In this document: piece after piece, positions 1-8,907 of the stretch
Layout of the letters: every line of letters begins with the position of its first letter
How positions within the stretch are numbered: position 1 is the first letter of the stretch
Assembly (NCBI GenBank): GCA_965204755.1
Contig: OZ242011.1
Location: forward strand, 960,001-1,024,000
Source: Candidatus Marinacidobacterium sp.
Lineage (GTDB): Bacteria; Acidobacteriota; Vicinamibacteria; Marinacidobacterales; Marinacidobacteraceae
DNA: 64,000 bases
Direction of reading: 5' to 3'
Notes under the pieces: model-generated
Databases searched by the model: none
Told to the model about the DNA's origin: nothing
The model's input: only the letters and a program-made list of their open reading frames with translations
Translations under genes and position numbers: made by a program

Positions 1-1008
1 CGCCTCGCCGATACCCGGCCTGCCCCCGCCGCTTCGCGCAACGGCCCGGCGGAAGGCCGCGTGGCTCAACAGGCCCTCCTCCGGAAACGCCGCCGCCACC
101 GCCCGCGCCGCCGGGAGCAACTCCCTCTTCTCCAGTTCCCGGTAGCGGTCGATGTAGTAGTCGTTCCGCTCCGCCTCGAACTCCCCGACGGCTTCCTCCA
201 CGACGGCCATCGTCACCGCGCCCGCTCCGCCGCCGGCCCCGCGCACCCGGTCCCACGCCGCGTGTCCCCACAACTGCACGAAGAACGGATACCCGTGGCT
301 CTCCCGGACCATGCGCCCCAGCGCCTCCTCCTCGACCCCGATCCCGTCCTCGGCCAACGGCCGGCGGATCGCCTCCCCGGCGGCCCCCTCGTCCAACCGG
401 CCCACCGGGAGTTTCTTGGCCCGGTTCCAGAAGGACGCCCCCATCTCGGAGAGCCGCGCCCGCAGGTCGGGCGTCCCGGCGAGAACCAACAGGAACGGCG
501 CCCGGCGGCCGGCGGTCTGCGCGGCGTTCAGCAACCACTGCCCCACCTCCGGCTTCAGCGTATGCGCCTCGTCCAACAGGATCAGCAGGGGTTTCGCCTT
601 CGCCCGCGCCTCCAGCGCCTCCGCGAGCAACAACGGCCGATCCTCGCCCCGCCGCAGCGAAAACCCCACCCCCGCAACCGAAACGCTCTCCGGCGCGATC
701 TTCCGCAGCCACGAACCGAGCCCCAGCCGGGCCACGAAGTCGCCCGGCGACGGGATCTCCGACCCGACCAGCCAATGCGCGTCCAGCCCGCCGTCGCTCT
801 CGGCCTCGCCCTCGACCCAGGCCAGCAGCGCCGTCTTCCCGTTACCCCGCGGCCCGTAGACGACGAGCAACCGCGCAACGGGAACGCCGCTCCGCAGGTC
901 GTCCGATGCCTCGCGGAAAAGCGCCTGCTCCTCTTCCCGTCCGGCCATGTACGGGGGCAGCCTCCCGGTACCGGGCTGGAACGGGCCGAGTTCGGTCGAA
1001 ACGACCAT
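1..1008 (-). CDS. STAND-like P-loop ATPase (AAA_16-type), array copy 1; 3' end runs off the window
   Basis: Absent from the ORF track because it has no stop in the window. Manual translation from ATG 1008: MVVSTELGPFQPGTGRLPPYMAGREEEQ..., Walker A GPRGNGKT, Walker B LLILLDEAH, ESHGYPFFVQL (GxP). Clear paralog of the next two genes. Confidence 0.9.
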   Translation of the reverse strand, partial: MVVSTELGPFQPGTGRLPPYMAGREEEQALFREASDDLRSGVPVARLLVVYGPRGNGKTALLAWVEGEAESDGGLDAHWLVGSEIPSPGDFVARLGLGSWLRKIAPESVSVAGVGFSLRRGEDRPLLLAEALEARAKAKPLLILLDEAHTLKPEVGQWLLNAAQTAGRRAPFLLVLAGTPDLRARLSEMGASFWNRAKKLPVGRLDEGAAGEAIRRPLAEDGIGVEEEALGRMVRESHGYPFFVQLWGHAAWDRVRGAGGGAGAVTMAVVEEAVGEFEAERNDYYIDRYRELEKRELLPAARAVAAAFPEEGLLSHAAFRRAVARSGGGRPGIGEA

Positions 1009-1052
1009 GCCCGCCAAGTATGGAAACGCCGACCGGCGAACGCCGCGAGCCG

Positions 1053-2204
1053 CTATCCGCCCCCGGCTTCCTCGTCGTCCGGCGGCGGCGCGTGCTCCAG
1101 GATGTAGTCCATCAGACTGGGAATCCCCGGCTCCCAACTCGGCGTCCCCCGCGTCTTCCAGACGAAACCCAGGTGTTCGAGGGCCGCCGCGGCCTCGAGT
1201 TCGGCGGCCCGGTCCCCGCCCGGCGCCGCCCGCCGGATCGCCTTCCCGAACCCGGCGTGCGGGAGCCGCTCCCGGTCGCGGAACGCCAGAGCCACTTCGC
1301 GCGCCGCCCCGAGCCATCCCTGCCGGTCCAACTCGTCGAACCGGTCGAGGTAGTAGCGGTTCCGCGCCGCCTCGAACTCCCCGGCGGCTTCCTCCACGAC
1401 GGCCATCGTCACCGGCCCCCCTCCGTCGCCGGCCCCGCGGACCCGGTCCCACGCCGCCTGTCCCCACAACTGGACGAAGAACGGATACCCGTGGCTCTCC
1501 CGAACGATGCGCGCCAGCGCCTCGTCCTCGATGCCGATCCCGTCCTCGGCCAGCGGCCGGCGGATCGCCTCCCCGGCGGCTGCCTCGTCCAACCGGCCGA
1601 GCGGGAGTTGCCTGGCCCGGTTCCAGAAAGACGCTTCCATCTCGGAGAGCCGAGCCCGCAGGTCGGGCGTCCCGGCGAGAACCAACAGGAACGGCGCCCG
1701 GCGGCCGGCGGTCTGCGCGGCGTTCAGCAACCACTGCCCCACCTCCGGCTTCAGCGTATGCGCCTCGTCCAACAGGATCAGCAGGGGCTTCGACTTCGCC
1801 CGCGCCTCCAGCGCCTCCGCCAGCAACAACGGCCGATCCTCGCCCCCGCGCAGCGAAACCGCCACCCCCGCAACCGAAACGCTCTCCGGCGCGATCTTCC
1901 GCAGCCACGAACCGAGCCCCAAACGGGCCACGAAGTCGCCCGGCGCCGGGATCTCCGACCCGACCAGCCAATGCGCATCCAGCCCGTCGTCCGCATCGGC
2001 CTCCCGCTTCACCCACCGGAGCAGCGCCGTCTTCCCGTTGCCCCGCGGCCCGTAGAGCAGGATCGGGGCGGGGACCGACCGACCGCGTCGAAGCGCGTCG
2101 AAGTACCTGCGAAACAGCGACTGTTCCTCTTCCCGTCCGGCCAAGTACGGAGGCAAAACCCCGGTACCGGGCTGGAACGGGCTCAGTTCGGTCGGAACGG
2201 CCAT
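1053..2204 (-). CDS. STAND-like P-loop ATPase (AAA_16-type), array copy 2
   Basis: 383 aa; PFQPGTG..PPYLAGRE, GPRGNGKT, LLDEAH, GYPFFVQL. Confidence 0.9.
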   Translation of the reverse strand: MAVPTELSPFQPGTGVLPPYLAGREEEQSLFRRYFDALRRGRSVPAPILLYGPRGNGKTALLRWVKREADADDGLDAHWLVGSEIPAPGDFVARLGLGSWLRKIAPESVSVAGVAVSLRGGEDRPLLLAEALEARAKSKPLLILLDEAHTLKPEVGQWLLNAAQTAGRRAPFLLVLAGTPDLRARLSEMEASFWNRARQLPLGRLDEAAAGEAIRRPLAEDGIGIEDEALARIVRESHGYPFFVQLWGQAAWDRVRGAGDGGGPVTMAVVEEAAGEFEAARNRYYLDRFDELDRQGWLGAAREVALAFRDRERLPHAGFGKAIRRAAPGGDRAAELEAAAALEHLGFVWKTRGTPSWEPGIPSLMDYILEHAPPPDDEEAGGG

Positions 2205-2250
2205 CGCCCGCCAAGTATAGGAACGCCGAGCGCCGATCGCCGGCGAGCGG

Positions 2251-3393
2251 CTACCCGTCGCCGGCTTCCTCCTCGTCCGGCGGCGGCGCGTTCTCCAGGA
2301 TGAAGTCCATCAGGCTGGGAATCCCCGGCTCCCAACTCAGCGTCCCCTTCGCCTGCCAAACGAACCCGAGATGCTCCAGCGCCTTGGCCGCCTCGCCGAT
2401 CCCCGGCCCGTCGCCGGCGCTTCGTTCGAGCGTCCGGTCGAGCGCGGCGTCGCTGAGACGGGCCTCGTCCCGAAACGCCGCCGCCACCGCCCGTGCCGCC
2501 GGGAGCAGGTCCCTCTCCTCCAGTTCCCGGTAGCGGTCGGAGCAGTAGTCGTTCCGCTCCGCCTCGAACTCTCCGGCGGCCTCTTCCACCACCGCCATCG
2601 TCACCGACTCCCGTCCGCCGCCGGCCCCGCGCACCCGGTCCCACACCGCGTGTCCCCACAACTGCACGAAGAACGGATACCCGTGGCTCTCCCGGACCAT
2701 CCGCCCCAGCGCCTCCTCCTCGACCCCGATCCCGTCCTCGGCCAACGGCCGGCGAATCGCCTCCCCGGCGGCCCCCTCGTCCAACCGGCCGAGCAGGAGT
2801 TGCTCCGCCCGGCCCATGAAGCCCGCCCCCATCTCGAACAGGCGCAGCGGCAAGTCGGGCGTCCCGGCGAGAACGAGCAGGAACGGCGCCCGGCCGCCGG
2901 CGTACTGCGCGGCGTTCAGCAGCCACAACCCCAACTCCGGCTCCAAGGCGTGCGCTTCGTCCAGAAGGACCAACAGCGGCCTGGCTTTCGCGCGCGCCTC
3001 GAGCGCCTCCTCGAGCGGCGGCCGGAAGTCGCTCCGGCGCAGGGGCGCGCCGACTCCGCCGGACGAAAGGCCATCGGGCTCGATCGTCCCGATCCACGAG
3101 CCGAGCCGCAGGCGGCTCACCAGGTCGGCCGGCGCCGCGAGGTCGGTCCCGACCAGCCACCGGACATCCAACCCGCCCTCCGCTTCGACCTCCCGCTGCG
3201 CCCACCGGAGCAGCGCGGTCTTCCCGTTGCCGAGCGGCCCGCAGAGGAGGATGGAGGCGGGGACCGACCGACCGCGTCGAAGAGCGTCGAAATGGCTGTG
3301 GAAAAGCGACTGCTCCTCTTCCCGTCCGGCCAAGTAGGGAGGCTGCCTCCCGGTACCGGGCTGGAACGGACTGAGTTCAGCCGGAACGGACAT
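2251..3393 (-). CDS. STAND-like P-loop ATPase (AAA_16-type), array copy 3
   Basis: 380 aa; GPLGNGKT, LLDEAH, GYPFFVQL. Confidence 0.9.
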   Translation of the reverse strand: MSVPAELSPFQPGTGRQPPYLAGREEEQSLFHSHFDALRRGRSVPASILLCGPLGNGKTALLRWAQREVEAEGGLDVRWLVGTDLAAPADLVSRLRLGSWIGTIEPDGLSSGGVGAPLRRSDFRPPLEEALEARAKARPLLVLLDEAHALEPELGLWLLNAAQYAGGRAPFLLVLAGTPDLPLRLFEMGAGFMGRAEQLLLGRLDEGAAGEAIRRPLAEDGIGVEEEALGRMVRESHGYPFFVQLWGHAVWDRVRGAGGGRESVTMAVVEEAAGEFEAERNDYCSDRYRELEERDLLPAARAVAAAFRDEARLSDAALDRTLERSAGDGPGIGEAAKALEHLGFVWQAKGTLSWEPGIPSLMDFILENAPPPDEEEAGDG

Positions 3394-3432
3394 CGTCCGC
3401 CAAGTATAGGAACGCCGACCGCCGGCGAGCCG

Positions 3433-3573
3433 CTATACGCCGCCGGCTTCGTCGTCGTCCGGCGGCGGCGCGTGCTCCAGGATGCAGTCCATCAGACCGG
3501 GAATCCCCGGCTCCCAACTCGGCGCCCCCCCCGCGCCCGCCGGACGAAACCGAGATGCTCGAGCGCCTCCGCC
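3433..3573 (-). pseudogene. C-terminal remnant of a fourth ATPase copy
   Basis: Encodes AEALEHLGFVRRARG / APSWEPGIPGLMDCILEHAPPPDDDEAGGV-stop, matching the ends of copies 2 and 3. It has a +1 frameshift in a G8 run and no N-terminal part. Confidence 0.85.
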
Positions 3574-3625
3574 GGCGCGAAAGCGGCTCATCGCCGGCGG
3601 CGCCCCTGCGTCCGGTGGCCGGGGG

Positions 3626-3651
3626 TGTAACTTCCGGGCGGCAAAGGCGTA
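3626..3651 (+). promoter_or_regulatory. Putative autoregulated ECF-sigma promoter
   Basis: TGTAAC-N16-CGTA about 20 nt upstream of the ECF sigma ATG; matches the AAC/CGT ECF promoter pattern. Confidence 0.65.
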
Positions 3652-3670
3652 GGAACGGGTGGCCGAGGGG

Positions 3671-4336
3671 ATGAGCGACGCGGAGGCGCGGCGGCTCGTC
3701 CGCCTCTGCCAGGAAGCCGACCGAGTCCGCTCGGCGGCGCCCTCCCCGCCGGCCTCCAACCCCTCCGGAACCACCGAAGACACCGTGCCGAACGCCGACC
3801 CCGCCGAGGACGACGAAACCGACCGCGCCGCGACCGAGGCTTGGGCCCGGCTGTACTCGCACTTCCACCCGCGGATGCTCGGCTTCTGCCGCCGGGTGCT
3901 CCCCGAGCGGGCGGAAGACCTGGCCGCCGAAATCCTCCTGAAGGCCCGGTTCCGGCTCGACCGCTTCGACGCCTCGCGTCCGTTCGCCCCCTGGCTGTTC
4001 AGGATCGGGGCGAATCGCTGCTGGGACGAAACCCGGCGCGTGCGCCGCTTCGAACCGCTGGACGACGAAGGCGTCGAGGCGCTGGTCTCGAATTCGCCCA
4101 CGCCGCTCGACGAACTGGTCACCGCCGAGCGGCGCGAGCGGTTGGGGCGGGCGCTCGACCGCCTGCCGGCGCGCCAGCGGTTCGCGATCACGCTGCGCTA
4201 CGGCGCCGACCTCTCCTACCGGGAGATCGCCGAAACCCTCGGCCTGACCGAAACCAATGTGGGCGTGCTCCTGCTGCGCGGACGCCGCCGCCTGAGGCGG
4301 TTCCTCGAAGAGGAGCCGGCGGAGGAGGAAGCATGA
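3671..4336 (+). CDS. ECF RNA polymerase sigma factor
   Basis: Region 2 (AEDLAAEILLKA...PFAPWLFRIGANRCWD) and region 4 (LDRLPARQR...LSYREIAETLG). Confidence 0.92.
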   Translation: MSDAEARRLVRLCQEADRVRSAAPSPPASNPSGTTEDTVPNADPAEDDETDRAATEAWARLYSHFHPRMLGFCRRVLPERAEDLAAEILLKARFRLDRFDASRPFAPWLFRIGANRCWDETRRVRRFEPLDDEGVEALVSNSPTPLDELVTAERRERLGRALDRLPARQRFAITLRYGADLSYREIAETLGLTETNVGVLLLRGRRRLRRFLEEEPAEEEA

Positions 4337-6003
4337 GTCCCGAGGAAACCGGCGGCGCCCACCTCTCCGAACTCGACCTGCTCGTGTTCATGGACGGCGA
4401 ACGGAGCGCCGAGGAGTCGCGCGCCGCGCGGGCCCACCTCGGCCGCTGCTTCGAGTGCAACCGGGCCTACGAGGCGCTCCGGCTCGAGAGCGAAGTGATC
4501 CGCTCCGGGGTGGCGCTCGTCCCGGCGGATTCGACCGCCGCCGGCCGCCCGCCGCCGCGCGAACTCGGCTGGGTGGTCGCCGCCGGCGTCGCCCTCTCGC
4601 TCGGGCTCGTCGTCTTCCGGCGGCTCTACGCCGCGGTGAGCGACGCCTCCGCCGGGACGCCGCTCCCGGACGCCCTCCCCTTTCTCTCGAACCTCGGCTA
4701 CACGCTGCTCTCGCTGCTCGACCTTCGGCAGATCGGGACGCAACTCGCCCTCGGAGGCACCCTCGTCATGGTCCTGATCGCCCTCGCCGCGGCATCCGCC
4801 GCCTTCCGCCGCTCCCGGAGCGGCGCCGCCCCGGTGCTGCTGCTCGCGGCGCTCCTTCCCGGACTCTCCTGGTTCTCCGCGCCGGCGGAAGCCATCGAGG
4901 TCCTTCGCGGCGAGAGTTGCGAGGTGGCCGCCGACCGGGTCATCCGCGACGATGTGGTGCTGATGTGCGAGCGCAACGCCACGATCGCCGGGACGATCGA
5001 GGGCGATCTCTACTACCTCACCCAGTCGCTCACGATCACCGGCCGGGTGGACGGCGATGTCATGGGGGTGAGCGAGCGGCTCGAAGTCCGCGGACTGGTG
5101 GACCTGAGCGTGCGCGCGCTGGCCCAGACCGTGGAGATCGGCGGCGCGGTGGGGCGGGGGCTGGCCGCCGCCGGGCAGCGGATCACGGTCGCGGAAGGGG
5201 GGAGCGTCGGCGGGAGCCTCTTCGCCGCGGCGGAGCGGCTCACGGTGTCGGGGCAGGTGGGGCGCGACTTGCGGGCGGCCGCCGCGCGCACCGCGCTCAA
5301 CGCTCCGGTCGGCGGGCGGGTGCGGGTGCTCGGCGAGGAGTTCACGGCCGGCCCGGAGGCGCGGATCGCCGGCTCGGCCCGGTTCTCCGGCCCGAACGCT
5401 CCCGACCGCCACGCCCGGGCGAGCCCGGTGGACTGGAACCGTCCGGCGGAAGACGGACCCGACCCGTGGGGGACCGCGGGCAGCGTCGCCTCGCGCTGGG
5501 CGATGGGGTTCCTGCTCGGCTTGGCGCTGGCGCTGCTGATGCCGGGCGCGCTCGGCGGAATCACGGCGGTCGGGGGACGACCGCTGGTCCCGGTGCTGTT
5601 CGGCGTGCTCCTGTTCGTGGGGATGCCGTTCGCGGCGTTGCTGCTGGTCATCACCTTCGTGGGCCTGCCGCTCGGCGCGCTCACCGCGGCGCTGTGGCTG
5701 TTCCTGCTCTACGCCGCCCGGGTGGCCGCCGCGATGGTGATCGGACAGGCGATCCTGGGGCTCGGCGCGTCCACCGGCGAGCGGCTGCTGCGGCTCGCGC
5801 TCGGGATGCTCGTCCTCGCCGTGGTCTTCGAACTCCCGGTCATCGGATTCATCGCCGGCCTGCTGACGATGTTCCTCGGGCTCGGCTCCTTCGCGGTGTG
5901 GGTCTGGAGGACCCGGCGGGGCGCGGGAACGCCGACCGTTTCCGGGAGCGCCCCGCCGGCGCCGGCCCCCCCGGCCCCGCCGGCGGTCGCCGGCCCGGCC
6001 TGA
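4333..6003 (+). CDS. Zinc-finger (zf-HC2) anti-sigma factor fused to a bactofilin-like beta-helix repeat domain and a multi-TM C-terminus
   Basis: ATGA overlap with the sigma stop; HLGRCFEC motif; repeated (I/V)xGxVxGD-type units; several C-terminal TM helices. Confidence 0.8.
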   Translation: MSPEETGGAHLSELDLLVFMDGERSAEESRAARAHLGRCFECNRAYEALRLESEVIRSGVALVPADSTAAGRPPPRELGWVVAAGVALSLGLVVFRRLYAAVSDASAGTPLPDALPFLSNLGYTLLSLLDLRQIGTQLALGGTLVMVLIALAAASAAFRRSRSGAAPVLLLAALLPGLSWFSAPAEAIEVLRGESCEVAADRVIRDDVVLMCERNATIAGTIEGDLYYLTQSLTITGRVDGDVMGVSERLEVRGLVDLSVRALAQTVEIGGAVGRGLAAAGQRITVAEGGSVGGSLFAAAERLTVSGQVGRDLRAAAARTALNAPVGGRVRVLGEEFTAGPEARIAGSARFSGPNAPDRHARASPVDWNRPAEDGPDPWGTAGSVASRWAMGFLLGLALALLMPGALGGITAVGGRPLVPVLFGVLLFVGMPFAALLLVITFVGLPLGALTAALWLFLLYAARVAAAMVIGQAILGLGASTGERLLRLALGMLVLAVVFELPVIGFIAGLLTMFLGLGSFAVWVWRTRRGAGTPTVSGSAPPAPAPPAPPAVAGPA

Positions 6004-6027
6004 CCGGCCGGTCGGGGAGGCTCGCCC

Positions 6028-6498
6028 ATGGGCTGGATCAGCGACCTCGTCGCCGGCGGCTCGGGAAAGTCCCGCCGGTCGTTCTCGGGGAAAGGCCCCT
6101 TGCCGCCGCCGGGGCCGCGGGAGGTGCAGATCGCCACGGCGGTGCTCCTCATCGAGGTCTCCGCCGCCGACCGCGAGGTGGACCCGCGCGAACGCCGGGC
6201 GATCCTGGACTCGCTCTCGTCGGCGTTCGGGCTCTCGCCGGCGGAAACCGCCGAGATCGTCGAAGTCGCGGACGGCCGTTCGGCGGACTCGATCTCGCTC
6301 TACGAGTTCACCCGGCTGGTGGACCGGGCGTTCACCGGGGAGCAGAAGGCGACGGTGGTCGAGTTGCTGTTCCGGGTCGCCTTCGCCGACGGACGGCTGG
6401 CCGGCGAGGAGGAGCACCTGATCCGGAAGGCCGCCACCCTGCTCCATGTGGAACACCCGGCCTACCTGGCGGCGAAGGCCCGGGCGCGCGCCGGGTAG
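6028..6498 (+). CDS. TerB-family protein
   Basis: IATAVLLIEVSAAD...SLYEFTRLV...LFRVAFADGRLAGEEEHLIRK. Confidence 0.85.
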   Translation: MGWISDLVAGGSGKSRRSFSGKGPLPPPGPREVQIATAVLLIEVSAADREVDPRERRAILDSLSSAFGLSPAETAEIVEVADGRSADSISLYEFTRLVDRAFTGEQKATVVELLFRVAFADGRLAGEEEHLIRKAATLLHVEHPAYLAAKARARAG

Positions 6499-6541
6499 GG
6501 CCGGCCGGAGCGGCGCTCGTTGTGCTACATTGTGCGTCAAT

Positions 6542-6838
6542 ATGACTCTCCCGCTCCCCTCCACCTCCGCTGTCGGCGTACGGGAACTGCGCCAGAACCT
6601 GAGCGTCTATCTGCGCCGGATCGTCGCCGGGGAACGGTTCGAGGTCACGGACCGGGGAACACCGGTGGCGCTGCTGGTTCCCATCCGCAAGGAGATGACA
6701 CCGCTGGAGCGGTTGATCGCCGAAGGTCGCGTGGCGCAGCCGCCGGTGGGCGACCTGCTGGACCTGCCGCCACCGGAGGGAGAGGTCTCGACGGTCGCGA
6801 GTGATGCGCTTCTCGCGGCGCGCGAAGAGCGGCTGTAA
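6542..6838 (+). CDS. Phd/YefM-family antitoxin
   Basis: VGVRELRQNLSVYLRRIVAGERFEVTDRGTPVALLVP; preceded by extended -10 TGCTACATT (6523-6531). Confidence 0.9.
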   Translation: MTLPLPSTSAVGVRELRQNLSVYLRRIVAGERFEVTDRGTPVALLVPIRKEMTPLERLIAEGRVAQPPVGDLLDLPPPEGEVSTVASDALLAAREERL

Positions 6839-6844
6839 CCGCCC

Positions 6845-7255
6845 GTGGTTTATCTGGACTCTTCCGCCATCGTCAAACTCATCGTCCCGGAACCGGAGTC
6901 GCCGGCGCTGCACCGCTATCTCGCGGCCGAACCGGAACGCGTGTCGAGCGCGTTGGCGCGAGTCGAAGTCGTAAGGGCCGCGCGGATGCGATCCGCAACC
7001 CGGGAGACTCGGCGTTGCGTCGAGGAGGCGCTCGCCCGGATCGCCTTGGTGGACATTACCCAAGATCTCCTCGCGAGCGCCTCCGTTCTCAAACCGGATG
7101 CCTTGAGAACCCTCGACGCCATCCACTTGGCGACGGCCCGCTCCTTGGCGGGCGTCCGCTCGGTGGTGACCTACGACCGTCGGCTCCGGATGGCTGCGGA
7201 AGGCGCGGGCCTCGTCGTGGACGCTCCGGGGCTGCGCGCCCCGAACACCGACTGA
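6845..7255 (+). CDS. vapC: VapC-family PIN-domain toxin
   Basis: YLDSSAIVKL...VE...LRTLDAIHLATA...VTYDRRL. Confidence 0.92.
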   Translation: MVYLDSSAIVKLIVPEPESPALHRYLAAEPERVSSALARVEVVRAARMRSATRETRRCVEEALARIALVDITQDLLASASVLKPDALRTLDAIHLATARSLAGVRSVVTYDRRLRMAAEGAGLVVDAPGLRAPNTD

Positions 7256-7366
7256 CGCGCCGGTGCCGGCGCGCCGGCAGGGAGAGCCCGCCCCCTTGCC
7301 CGAAAGTGGGCGGCGGAGCGATGGGCCGCCTGTTCGGCGCGGCCGCCGCCCGGCCGCGCCGCCGGG

Positions 7367-8788
7367 TCAGGACGCTTCGGCGACAGCGGCCGGGCGGATG
7401 GCGGCCTGCATCTCCTCGACGCTGACGAACTTCACGCGGGGGCGGCCGGACGCGGCGCCCCGTTCGACTTCGAGCGCGTCCAGCGCCTTCCAGTCGGCGA
7501 ACGAGAAATAGTCGGGAACCCGCTCGGCGACCAGCCGCCGCGCGGCTTCCGGCGCCGGTCGCTCGGGATTCCAGTGGTTCCCGGCGGCGGCGTCGGCCAG
7601 CAGCGATTCCACGGTTTCGAGGGCGTCCGGCTTGTTCGTGCCGATGACGCCGGTGGGGCCGCGCTTGATCCAGCCGGCGCAGTACTGGCCGCGCCGGCGC
7701 GTCCCGTCCGGGGCGTCGAGCACGCGGCCGTCCTCGTGCGGGATCACTCCCCAGTCGTCGCGGAACGGCACTCCGGGGAGGGCGACCCCCCGGTAACCCA
7801 CGGAACGGAAGACGAGTTCGGCGTCCAGAGTCTCGAAGTCTTCCGTCGCGCGGGGGCGGACCGTTCCCCGCTCGTTCCGGTACAACTCGTTCCGCACGAG
7901 TTTCACCCGCGAAACGCCGCCGTCTTCGCCGGGGAGCAACTCCAGCGGCGAAACCAGGAAGCGCACGAACAGCGTCCGCGGCTTGCCGGAGCGGACCTCG
8001 GCGGCGTACTGCTGCAGGATCTCCACTTTGCGGGGCGCGGCCTTGTCGGCGCCGGAGTCCACCCATTCCCGGCTCACCGGGTCGAGCGCCGCTTCGTCCG
8101 GCAGGACGCGGATGTCCGCGCCTTCGAGTTCGCCGAGTTCGCGGATTTCCGGGTTGCTGAACGCCGCCTGCGCCGGGCCCCGGCGCCCGAGCATGTGGAC
8201 TTCCCGGATGCGGCTCTCGGCGAGTTGCTCCAGCGCGTAGTCGGCGATGTCGGTGGTCTTCAACTCGTCCACCGAACGCGAGAGGACGCGGCAGACATCC
8301 ACGGCCACATTCCCGACGCCGACCACCGCGACCGACTCACGGGAGAGGTCGAACTCGCGGTCGCGGTAGTCCGGGTGGCCGTTGTACCAAGCCACGAACT
8401 CCGTCGCGGCGTGGCTTCTCGGCAGGTCTTCGCCCGGGATGCCCATCGCGCGGTCCACCTGCGCGCCGACCGCCCAGATCACCGCGTGGTAGTGGCGCTC
8501 CACATCGGCGAGGCGGAGGTCGCTCCCGAACTCGACGCCGCCGTAGAACCGGAACCGCTCGTGTTTCGCGGTGCGCTCGTAAGCCCGGGTGACCTGCTTG
8601 ATCTTCTGGTGGTCCGGCGCGACGCCGCCGCGCACCAGCCCGTAGGGCGTCGGCAGCCGGTCGTAGAGGTCCACCGAGACGGTGACTCCTTCCGCCCGGA
8701 AGAGGTGGTCGGCGGCGTAGAAACCGGTCGGCCCGGAACCGAATATGGCGACGCGGAGAGGGTGGTCGGGAGTCCCGGGGCGGCTCAT
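7367..8788 (-). CDS. NADPH:ferredoxin/adrenodoxin-type oxidoreductase (FprA-like)
   Basis: Start moved to MSRPGT (8788); GSGPTG, PTPYGLVRGGVAPDH, GVGNVAVD, GWIKRGPTGVIGTNK. Confidence 0.9.
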   Translation of the reverse strand: MSRPGTPDHPLRVAIFGSGPTGFYAADHLFRAEGVTVSVDLYDRLPTPYGLVRGGVAPDHQKIKQVTRAYERTAKHERFRFYGGVEFGSDLRLADVERHYHAVIWAVGAQVDRAMGIPGEDLPRSHAATEFVAWYNGHPDYRDREFDLSRESVAVVGVGNVAVDVCRVLSRSVDELKTTDIADYALEQLAESRIREVHMLGRRGPAQAAFSNPEIRELGELEGADIRVLPDEAALDPVSREWVDSGADKAAPRKVEILQQYAAEVRSGKPRTLFVRFLVSPLELLPGEDGGVSRVKLVRNELYRNERGTVRPRATEDFETLDAELVFRSVGYRGVALPGVPFRDDWGVIPHEDGRVLDAPDGTRRRGQYCAGWIKRGPTGVIGTNKPDALETVESLLADAAAGNHWNPERPAPEAARRLVAERVPDYFSFADWKALDALEVERGAASGRPRVKFVSVEEMQAAIRPAAVAEAS

Positions 8789-8907
8789 GGCGGCGCGAAG
8801 TATAGGGGCGGGAGGCCGCTGCTTTCGCGCTGTCCGGCGCCCGGTCGGAGCCGCCCGGCGACGGCCGAAACGCCTCGCCGGCGCCCCGGCCGGGGGCGGA
8901 TCCGGAC

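Noticed and set aside
1009-3435. ATPase spacers as integron attC sites
   Set aside because: No RYYYAAC/GTTRRRY boxes, no long palindrome and no integrase; the spacers are explained by tandem duplication of gene plus promoter
3433-4191. 252-aa minus-strand ORF as a real fourth ATPase
   Set aside because: Only its last roughly 30 residues match the family; the rest is antisense to the ECF sigma gene
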